DNA from: Planctomycetota bacterium
GTDB taxonomy: Bacteria > Planctomycetota > J058 > JAJDCQ01
NCBI GenBank assembly: GCA_029260755.1
Contig: JAJDCQ010000078.1
Span: forward strand, 73,255-137,254
DNA length: 64,000 nucleotides
Direction of reading: 5' to 3'
The notes under the pieces are model-generated. The model did not search any database. It was not told the DNA's origin and was given only the letters and a program-made list of their open reading frames with translations. The position numbers and the translations under genes are program-made. Shown here one piece after another: positions 16,338-23,831 of this stretch (positions are counted from its first letter, which is position 1; each line of letters opens with the position of its first letter).

Positions 16338-19300
16338 CTACGGTGCCCGCAGCGGCGGCAGGTCGACCATCGAGACCCAGCGCTCGCGGAGGCGGCGCCA
16401 CTTCGAGAGGGGGATGACGCCGTCGATGATGAGGCTCGCCACGCCGGCGCGGAACGAGGTCGCCTCGTCGGCGAACGCGGCGCGGACCTCGCGGCTGCGG
16501 GTCGCCTGCTCGGACTCCATCATCGTGACGAGCATCGCGCGGTGATCGGCGGCGTCGAGGCTCCGGTCGCGCCGCTCGAAGTAGAACCAGAGCCCGACCC
16601 GCTGCCCCTTGCCGAGCTCGAGGAAGACGTCGCCCTGCAGGGCGAAGCTCGCTCCGGACCGGAGGAGTGCCCCGTTGACCTCGGTGAGGCCGCCGCCTCC
16701 GCGGTCGACGATCCGGAAGCCACCGTCGCTTCCGAACTCGATCACGGCGTGCTCGGGAACGATCCCGTTGCCGCGGATCCGGACGTCGGCGTGGGGCGCG
16801 CTGCCGATGAGGACGCTGCGCTTGTTCACCGGGACGATGCGACGCGTCCCGCCGCCGAACACGAGGAGCCGCGCGTGGTACTTCGCGACGGCCTCGTCGG
16901 CCGCGTCGGCGGCGGGGGCGAGGGCCGTCGTGTCGAAGAACTTGGTCATCGGGGCGGCCGCCTTCGGTCGCCGGCGGAGGTAGAGGACGACGGTGGTGGC
17001 CGCGAGGGCGGCCATGAGCGCCCAGCCGGCGTTCCCCGTCCCGCCGACGGCGTCGACGAGGCGGGCGACGAACGTCGCGGTCTGCTCGGGGCGGTCGCCC
17101 GCCTCGATCCCGTAGGTCTCGAGCACCTGGCTGAGAACCGGGCTGGCGACCGCGAAGAAGCCGGCGGCCTTGGTCGCGGTCTGGGCGACCGAGCGGGTCG
17201 GGATCGGGATCCGGTCGACGACCTCGCCCTTGTAGCGGAGCTCGACGACCGCCTCGGGGATCTCGCCCTCGGCGACCGGCGTGACGTGGAAGCGCGCCTC
17301 GGCGAGGGCGGGCGTCGTGTCGACGTGAGCGCGCGGGGGTACGACGAGGCAGCCGGGGATCTGGGGGACGACCGTGACGATCGGGTCGTCCTCCTCGATC
17401 TGGAGCCGCTTCTTGCTCTGCACCTGCTTCACCCGGTCGGCGACGATCCGCTCGACCTCGTGGACGCTGAAGACGACCATCATCGGGAAGCTGCGGCGCG
17501 GGTTCATCCGCGACCACCAGCGCACGGTGCTCCGGCGTTCGAAGCTCTTGACGACGCGGGTGCCGGCCGGCGCGGCGTCCGCCTTCTGGCCGCGGCCCGC
17601 CTTCCCGCCACGGGGAGCCCCGGGCGGCGCCATCTTCTTCTTCGACTTGCGCTCGCGGCGCGGCGCGGACTTGGGCTTCAGCGCCTCCACGGGGGCCGGG
17701 GTGGCCGGCGTGGCCGGGGCGACCGGGGCGGCCAGGAGCGGCTCGGGGGCGGGCTCCGGGGGAGCCATCGACATGTTCAGGCGGAGGGTCGACTCCGCCT
17801 CGTCGCGACCGACGGCGCGTGACTCGTCGGCGAAGATCTCCTTCTCGCGCTCCTCGATCTCCTCGACCGACGGCTCGTCGTCGAACCGGACGCTCGAGCC
17901 TCGACCGCTCCCGCCGCCGACGTCGACGGCGAACATGATCGTGCCTCCGACCTCGTCGTCCTCGTCGTCGTCGAGGGACTCGTCCAACATCTCGAACTGG
18001 TCGAACTCCATCGCCCCGGACGAGCCGACCTCGACGAGGGCCGCGTCCGCGTCGGTCTCGATCAGGCCCATGTCCTCGGCGACGCTCGGCGCCTCGATCG
18101 TCGGGATCGCCGGCTCGGGCTCCTTGTCGCGCGGCGAGATCGCCTGGTACTCCTCGGTCGTGTCGAAGACGATCTCCTCCGCGGCCTTGCTCTGGCCCGT
18201 CATGATGTCGCCGAAGTTGATCACGGTGTCGGAGGTCGAGTCCTCGAGGATCAGCTCGTCGCTCGACTCGGCGATCCCCATCGCCTGGTCGGAGTCGGTG
18301 AGGATGATCGTGGGCATCGTCTCGCGGCCCTGCGCGAGCGAGCGGACGTCGTCCTCCTTGAACTTCATCGAGACGCCGTCGCGGAAGCCGCGGAGCTCGC
18401 CCTCGGCGACGAGGCTCTCGAGCTCGGGCTCGTCGATCCGGAGCTCGGTGAGCACCTCCTCGAACCCGAGGTACGCGATGCCGCCCGTCCTCTTACTCGG
18501 TCGCCAGGGAGTCGTGGATGACGGCGGCGGCGGAGGCGGCGGAGGCAGCCTCGGAGGCGGCTCGATCGCTCGCTCCACCGGGTAGAAGCGCTCGGTCCCC
18601 GCGGCGACCGCCTCGGCCGTCGCCACGCGCACCGCGACGCCGTCGTCGAGGTCGAGCGCGCACGCGAGCGAGGCGAGCTGATCCTCGTCGAGCCGCTCGT
18701 GGCTGGCGAGGATCAACGCCCCGAGAGCGTCGTGACCGATCGGGACGATCCGCCGCTCGCGGGCGATCGACGGGGCGACAACGGCGAGCGTGTCCGCGGC
18801 GATCGCGTCGTGCTCGATGAGGTCGTCGAGGTCGACCCACTCTTCGCCCCACTGCTCCGCGAGGCAGCGGGCGAGCTGCCCGGGCGAACAGGCGCGGTGG
18901 CGGACGAGGATCGCGCCGATCCGCTCCCCGGTCTCGAGCTGCTCGCCGAGGGCCCGGTCGATGTCGTCTTCGGTGGCGAACAGATGATCGCAGAGGATCT
19001 CGCCGATCGGGGGGACCGACGGCTCGCCGGCCGCGTCCCCGAGGTCGGCGAACGGATCGCCGAAGGGGTCGTCGCCGGGATCGGGCGCCTCGAGCGGCGG
19101 CTCGACCTCGATCGCGCCGGCGAACGGGTCATCGTCGAGCGCGGCCTGCCCGAGCTGGACGGCGACGACCTCGTAACCGGCCGTCGCGACGACGTCGCCG
19201 ACGGCCAGCGCCCAGCGGCCGCCCTCGACCTGGGCATACTCGGTCTCGCCGCGGATGACGAGGAGCGGCTCGGCGCCGCCGAGGTCGATCAGCCACCAGT

Positions 19301-19556
19301 CGGGTCGGGGACAGCCGGGCGCGGCCTCGAGGACGATCCGGGCCCGGTGACGGCCGACGTGACGGTCCGGGAGGTGGACGAGGCAGTCGGGGTCCCGGCC
19401 GATGCTCAGCTCGTGGAACTGGCCGGCGATCTCGGTGAGGCCGCTCGCGGCGAGGGTCGTCCCCAGGGCCGGATCGTCGGTCCGGACGTCGAGGTGGATG
19501 AACGCCTTCGGCGGCTCGGCGAGGTGCGTGGCCGCGGGCTCGGTCTGCTCGCTCAC
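16338..19556 (-). CDS. Multidomain signalling protein: FHA, T2SS-E N-terminal (MshEN-like) domain, Pro-rich linker, HTH-like segment, acidic region, TM helices, second FHA
   Basis: 1072 aa, GTG start preceded by AGGAG. N-terminal FHA is LSIGRDPDCLVHLPDRHVGRHRARI. GspE_N-like segment is EDDIDRALGEQLETGERIGAILVRHRACSPGQLARCLAEQWG. TM is AGWALMAALAATTVVLYL. C-terminal FHA is VLIGSAPHADVRIRGNGIVPEHAVIEF. Confidence 0.8.
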   Translation of the reverse strand: MSEQTEPAATHLAEPPKAFIHLDVRTDDPALGTTLAASGLTEIAGQFHELSIGRDPDCLVHLPDRHVGRHRARIVLEAAPGCPRPDWWLIDLGGAEPLLVIRGETEYAQVEGGRWALAVGDVVATAGYEVVAVQLGQAALDDDPFAGAIEVEPPLEAPDPGDDPFGDPFADLGDAAGEPSVPPIGEILCDHLFATEDDIDRALGEQLETGERIGAILVRHRACSPGQLARCLAEQWGEEWVDLDDLIEHDAIAADTLAVVAPSIARERRIVPIGHDALGALILASHERLDEDQLASLACALDLDDGVAVRVATAEAVAAGTERFYPVERAIEPPPRLPPPPPPPPSSTTPWRPSKRTGGIAYLGFEEVLTELRIDEPELESLVAEGELRGFRDGVSMKFKEDDVRSLAQGRETMPTIILTDSDQAMGIAESSDELILEDSTSDTVINFGDIMTGQSKAAEEIVFDTTEEYQAISPRDKEPEPAIPTIEAPSVAEDMGLIETDADAALVEVGSSGAMEFDQFEMLDESLDDDEDDEVGGTIMFAVDVGGGSGRGSSVRFDDEPSVEEIEEREKEIFADESRAVGRDEAESTLRLNMSMAPPEPAPEPLLAAPVAPATPATPAPVEALKPKSAPRRERKSKKKMAPPGAPRGGKAGRGQKADAAPAGTRVVKSFERRSTVRWWSRMNPRRSFPMMVVFSVHEVERIVADRVKQVQSKKRLQIEEDDPIVTVVPQIPGCLVVPPRAHVDTTPALAEARFHVTPVAEGEIPEAVVELRYKGEVVDRIPIPTRSVAQTATKAAGFFAVASPVLSQVLETYGIEAGDRPEQTATFVARLVDAVGGTGNAGWALMAALAATTVVLYLRRRPKAAAPMTKFFDTTALAPAADAADEAVAKYHARLLVFGGGTRRIVPVNKRSVLIGSAPHADVRIRGNGIVPEHAVIEFGSDGGFRIVDRGGGGLTEVNGALLRSGASFALQGDVFLELGKGQRVGLWFYFERRDRSLDAADHRAMLVTMMESEQATRSREVRAAFADEATSFRAGVASLIIDGVIPLSKWRRLRERWVSMVDLPPLRAP

Positions 19557-19733
19557 GGGGGCTCCTGACGGCTCGCTCGATCCTAGACCGAAGATCGCGT
19601 TTCCGCGAGGTCGGCGTCACCCCCGTCGACCGCCCTACCCCGGGAGAGAAGACGTCGGCGGGGTAGGGAGCGTTCCCGGATTCCACGGGAACGCAGGCGC
19701 GGGTGACCGGTTTCGTCGATCGATTCCTCACGC

Positions 19734-19953
19734 GTTGCAGGAACACGGTCTTCTTGCACGAACGGGGAACGATCCACAGATTACACAGATTACACAGATT
19801 GGGAGTTGCCGAAGACGGTCATCCCTCGCCGCCGGCCGAGGCCCGTCCGCGTTCGGCAAGACCCGCGAGTCGTCCGCGGCTATCTGTGTAATCCGTGTGA
19901 TCTGTGGATCGTTTTCTCGCGACGGCAATCGCGCGCGCGTGTTCCAGGAACAG
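19734..19953. repeat. Family 1 type X element, copy B (inverted relative to copies A and D)
   Basis: Hairpin 19771-19910 has arms gatccacagattacacagattacacagatt and atctgtgtaatccgtgtgatctgtggatc. The reverse complement of its core aligns with the core of copy A. Flanks end in gttgcaggaacac (19734-19746) and gtgttccaggaacag (19939-19953). Confidence 0.85.
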
Positions 19954-20008
19954 GAGTCTCGGGCGGCGCACCGCGACGCGTCGGCAATCGCTGGGCGACG
20001 TCCGAACC

Positions 20009-20143
20009 AATCCGTGCAATCCGCGAAATCCGCGGTTCGGTCTGTCGGCGTTGGATCGGTGGGAACCGCGGATTACGCGGATTGCGCGGACTTCGAGTTG
20101 CCGGGTACGGGTTCATTGCCATTGCGCGGGCCGTTCCAGGAAC
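20009..20143. repeat. Family 1 type Y element, copy B (CGCGGATTA-type arms)
   Basis: Hairpin 20009-20093 has arms aatccgtgcaatccgcgaaatccgcggttc and gaaccgcggattacgcggattgcgcggactt with a 24-nt loop. It is followed by agttgccgggtacgggttcattgccattgcgcgggccgttccaggaac. Its reverse complement aligns with 53419-53554. Confidence 0.85.
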
Positions 20144-20170
20144 ACGGTCTTCCGTCCGGGACCGTCCGGC

Positions 20171-23077
20171 TCAGCGCGAAGCGTCGTCGAGAGCCTTCGC
20201 GAACGCGGAGCCCTCGCCGAAGCGCGCGCGCGCCTTCGCGACGGCGTCGCGGGCGGCGGGCGTGTCGAGGCGCTCGAGGGTCCGGGCGGCCAGGGCGGCC
20301 CGGTCCGCGTCGGTCTCGACGCCGAGGTATCGGACGAGCGGCGTCTCGGCGCGGGGCGGCACCCGCTCGAGCTTCGAGACGGCGTCGCAGAGGCGCGCGA
20401 GCGCGGCGAGGACGATCTCGCGGCGGTTGCCCACGCGCTGTTGGTCGGCGCCGGGCTGCTTCGCCGGGCCCGATCCGGTGGCCGGGTCTTCCGCGGGTTC
20501 CGCGGGGGCGGCGTCCGGCTCGGCCTCGGGGGGGCGAGGCGCCTTCGGCTCGGCCGGATCCTCGTCGCCGAGAGGACGGTCGCCGGGGGTGACCGGGGCG
20601 GCTTCGCCGTCGGACGGGGCGCCCGGGCGATCGGTCTCGTCGCCGCGGTTCGAGCCGTCGCGGTCGTGCCCGCGCTCGCGCTCGTCGTCGGCTTCGCCTT
20701 CGCCTTCGCTCTCGCCTGTCGTCGCGCCGGGCTTGCGCTCCTTGCGTTCGGTCTCCGACGCGGTCTTGGGCGTCCCGGAGGCTTCCGCTCCCTCGCGGAT
20801 GGTCGAGTCGCGACGGGCCGTGTGCTTGCCGCCGGCGCCCGGGGCGGCGCCGCCGCTGCCGCCGCCGCGACTGGCGCCGCCGAGACCGCGGCCGCCGCCG
20901 GCGCCGTCATCCGCGCCGTCGTCGCCGCTGCCATCGTGTGCTGCCGCGGCGCCCGCGCTCTCGTCCGCGGTCGCGTCGGTCGCGCCGTTGGCGCGCGCCC
21001 ACCGGCCCTTGTCGCCGCGCTTCTCGAGGTTCTCGAGCCCCTCCCGGAGGCGGCGGGCCTCGGGGGTCTCGTCGTCGGCCGTCAATGGGCCCCTGCTGCC
21101 CTGGTTGAAGTCGCGGTTCGACGGCTCGCGCTCGATCGCGTCGACGACCCCGCGCTCGGCGCGATGCAGCGCCGACTCGGTGGGCCGGCGCGCGGGCGGC
21201 GTCGCCGCGGGCGGGCCGCCGTAGACGGCGCCGAGGGCGGGCAGCTCCTCCTCCTTGGTGTCGGCGAAGGCGAGGAGCTCGCCCGAGAGCGTCTCGAGGA
21301 CGGTCCCGATGACGTCGGGCTCGGCCGCGCCGAGCTGCTCGATGGCGGCGGCGCTCGAGATCGTGCCCTCCTCGGACTTGCGGAGCAGCTCCTCGACGAG
21401 GGCGCGCGCCTTCGCCTCGGCCGCGATCTTCCGCTGGACGGCGTGGAGCCGCTCGGTGAGGCGGGCCGCCTCGCCGGGCGCGACGTCGCTGAGCTCGATC
21501 GCGCTCGAGAGGGCCGCCTCGGCCTCGCCCCAGCGCTCGCCGTTGACGAGCGCGCCGGCGAACGCGGACTGGGCGGCGAGCTGCGCCTGGCGCGCCTCGC
21601 GGATCAGGGCGCGGTCCTCGGTCTGGGCGGTGACCTTCGCGAGCACGGCGGCCGAGGTGACGGCCTGCCGGCCGGCCGCGATCGCCGCGTCGCCGCGCGA
21701 GGCGAGCACCTCGGCGAGGGAGGTGTCGACGTCGGCCCGCGCGGTCGCGATGAGCCGCTGCACGCCGGTGTCGTTTCGCCCGCGCTCGCGGACCAGGCCG
21801 ATCGAGAGCACGCCGACGAGGAGGGCGAGGACGGCGGCGCCGACGACCGCGCTGCTGAGGCCGCGGTTACGGCGCGCCCAGCGCTTGACGCGGTGGGCGG
21901 TGCTGATCGGGCGCGCGAGGATCGGCTCGCCGCGGAGATACCGCTCGAGCTCCTCGGCGACCACCTTCGCGCTGCCGTAGCGATGCTCGGGCTCCTTCTC
22001 GAGGCAGCGGAGCGCGATCGTCTCGAGGTCGACCGGGAGGCCGGGGTCGAGCTGCCGCGGCGGCGTCGGCTCGGCGTTCAGGACCGCGTTCAGGACGGCG
22101 ATCGCCGTGCTCCCGGTGAAGGGGACCTCACGGGTGAGGGCGTGGTAGAGGAGCGCGCCGAGCGCCCAGACATCGGAGTGGGGCCCGACGTCCTCGTGGC
22201 GCGCGTCGGCCTGCTCGGGCGACATGAACGAGGGCGTTCCGAGCGCCTCGCCGGTCATCGTGATGTGGTGGTGGGTCGCCTCGTCGCGGGCGAGGCCGAA
22301 GTCGGTCAGGCGCGCCTTGCCGGTCGCGTCGACGAGCACGTTCTGCGGCTTGATGTCGCGGTGGACGACGCCCTCGGCGTGAGCGTGCTGCAGCGCCTGG
22401 GCGATCTCGATCACGAGCTGCGCCACGCGGCGCGGCTCGGGGCGGTCGCGGCCGACGACGCGGTCGAGCGGCTCGCCGTCGACGTAGTCCATCACGATGA
22501 ACGGGCGGCCCTGATGCTGGCCGACCTCGTGGACGCTCACGATGCCCGGGTGGCGGAGGCGCGCGGTGACGCGGGCCTCGCGGCTGAAGCGCTCGAGCTC
22601 CTCGGTCCCGGCGGGGCGCGCGAGGGAGTCGATGAGCATCTTGATCGCGACCTCGCGGCGGAGGTTCGGATCGAAGGCGCGGACGACGACGCCCATGCCG
22701 CCGCGGCCGAGCTCGCTGTGAACCTTGTAGCGGCCGATCGAGCGGGGGAGGCCGTCGCGGCGGGGGCCGTCGTCGGCGTCGCTCTCGGGGCCGAGGACCG
22801 GACGGCTGTCGGCCGGACTCATCCGCTGGGTGGCGCCGCCGGGGCCGGGCGCGGGCGAGAGGTGCTCGGGGGCCGGGGTGATCCCGCCGGGGGTCGGCGT
22901 GGCGCCGGGGGGGAGGGGGAGCGTCTCGTGACGGTTGGCGCTCGAGCGGTCGATCAGCTCGGTCTCGCCGAAGTCGCCGACCGCGTTCGTCCGCGCCGGA
23001 TGCGGGGTCGCGCCGGGGGGGACGAGGCCGCCGCGGGGGCGGGCGTCGAAGGGCGCGTTGGAGGCGGAGTCGGGCAC
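20171..23077 (-). CDS. Receptor-type Hanks Ser/Thr protein kinase 3 (Pro-rich N-terminus, kinase, TM, long helical/acidic C-terminal region)
   Basis: GRGGMGVVVRA...VAIKML, HRDIKPQNVLV, DFGLA and GTPSFMSPE motifs. TM is AVVGAAVLALLVGVLSIGLV. GTG start at 23077 preceded by GGGAAGAGAGAG. Confidence 0.9.
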   Translation of the reverse strand: MPDSASNAPFDARPRGGLVPPGATPHPARTNAVGDFGETELIDRSSANRHETLPLPPGATPTPGGITPAPEHLSPAPGPGGATQRMSPADSRPVLGPESDADDGPRRDGLPRSIGRYKVHSELGRGGMGVVVRAFDPNLRREVAIKMLIDSLARPAGTEELERFSREARVTARLRHPGIVSVHEVGQHQGRPFIVMDYVDGEPLDRVVGRDRPEPRRVAQLVIEIAQALQHAHAEGVVHRDIKPQNVLVDATGKARLTDFGLARDEATHHHITMTGEALGTPSFMSPEQADARHEDVGPHSDVWALGALLYHALTREVPFTGSTAIAVLNAVLNAEPTPPRQLDPGLPVDLETIALRCLEKEPEHRYGSAKVVAEELERYLRGEPILARPISTAHRVKRWARRNRGLSSAVVGAAVLALLVGVLSIGLVRERGRNDTGVQRLIATARADVDTSLAEVLASRGDAAIAAGRQAVTSAAVLAKVTAQTEDRALIREARQAQLAAQSAFAGALVNGERWGEAEAALSSAIELSDVAPGEAARLTERLHAVQRKIAAEAKARALVEELLRKSEEGTISSAAAIEQLGAAEPDVIGTVLETLSGELLAFADTKEEELPALGAVYGGPPAATPPARRPTESALHRAERGVVDAIEREPSNRDFNQGSRGPLTADDETPEARRLREGLENLEKRGDKGRWARANGATDATADESAGAAAAHDGSGDDGADDGAGGGRGLGGASRGGGSGGAAPGAGGKHTARRDSTIREGAEASGTPKTASETERKERKPGATTGESEGEGEADDERERGHDRDGSNRGDETDRPGAPSDGEAAPVTPGDRPLGDEDPAEPKAPRPPEAEPDAAPAEPAEDPATGSGPAKQPGADQQRVGNRREIVLAALARLCDAVSKLERVPPRAETPLVRYLGVETDADRAALAARTLERLDTPAARDAVAKARARFGEGSAFAKALDDASR

Positions 23078-23177
23078 CGGCTCTCTCTTCCCGATCGAGG
23101 CTCTAGGGAGGGCGTCTTCCCCCTCCAGCCTAGATCCTGGTCGCTCCCCCCGCGAATGTCTCCCCCCGAAACGTGAG

Positions 23178-23199
23178 ACCGCGGCCGGAGGGCCGCGGT
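23178..23199 (-). terminator. Hairpin downstream of the FlgM-like gene
   Basis: A perfect 9-bp stem accgcggcc / ggccgcggt with a 4-nt loop, 46 nt after the stop at 23245. On the minus strand it is followed by ctcacgtttcgggg, a weak U-tract. Confidence 0.4.
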
Positions 23200-23244
23200 T
23201 CCAGGGACTTCGCTACGTTCTGTAAGTGGTGATGTAGGAGATGC

Positions 23245-23595
23245 TTAGAGGAGGCCTCGGAGCTCCCCGGCCACGGCCGCGGCCGCGTTCTCGAGCCGCT
23301 CGCGCGTCAGGTAGGTTCCGGCCTTGATCTCCCGGTGGAGCCGGATCAGGAGCCGCCCGCGGATCGGTGGGAGGTCCTTCAGGCGCTCGAGGAGCTGGCC
23401 GAGCGGCGGCACGTCGAGGCGGTCGTCCAGCTCCGCCCGGCGCGACGGACGGCGGTTGGCCGGGGCGCGGCGCGACGGGTTCCGGCCGCGGTGGGCCGCG
23501 TCGTGCACGCCCGAGGGCTCGACGAGGTCCGGCGCGGGCGTCCCCGTCGAGAAGATCCGGTGGGCCTGGCTCGGGAACAGCGGCGAATCGGACAT
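23245..23595 (-). CDS. flgM: FlgM-like anti-sigma-28 factor
   Basis: 116 aa from the ATG at 23595. The C-terminal motif PPIRGRLLIRLHREIKAGTYLTRERLENAAAAV resembles the FlgM C-terminal sigma-28-binding helices. The alternative ATG at 23652 overlaps the putative -10 element. Confidence 0.55.
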   Translation of the reverse strand: MSDSPLFPSQAHRIFSTGTPAPDLVEPSGVHDAAHRGRNPSRRAPANRRPSRRAELDDRLDVPPLGQLLERLKDLPPIRGRLLIRLHREIKAGTYLTRERLENAAAAVAGELRGLL

Positions 23596-23652
23596 GGTCA
23601 CTCTCTCTCGAAGACGCGCTCGGACGGACGGGTCCGTACCTCGACCACCCAT

Positions 23653-23680
23653 CTATCGGTATTCGGCGGCGGAATCTTGA
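23653..23680 (-). promoter_or_regulatory. Candidate sigma28 (FliA)-type promoter of the FlgM-like gene
   Basis: The minus strand reads TCAAGATT, a 12-nt spacer, then ACCGATAG. The remembered consensus is TAAAGTTT-N11-GCCGATAA, giving 6/8 matches in each element. Confidence 0.3.
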
Positions 23681-23831
23681 GCCTGAACCTCGGTCGCCGC
23701 GGGCGCGTCTCTGGGAACAGTGGCCCGGCCGACCGGCCGGGCGATCGCAGAGCTCGATCGATTCACCAGCTGCCACTTCGCCGAGACGCCGCGGCGTGGG
23801 TCTCCCCGCGCCGTTCCGGGGAGGGTCTACC

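Noticed and set aside
19728-20122. Small ORFs with tripeptide repeats (ICVICVICG, HRLHRLHR, NPRNPRNP, TDYTDY) here, at 477-851 and at 53395-53845
   Set aside because: They are translations of the tandem 9-nt units of the family 1 hairpin arms. They occur in both orientations and all frames, so they are not credible peptides.
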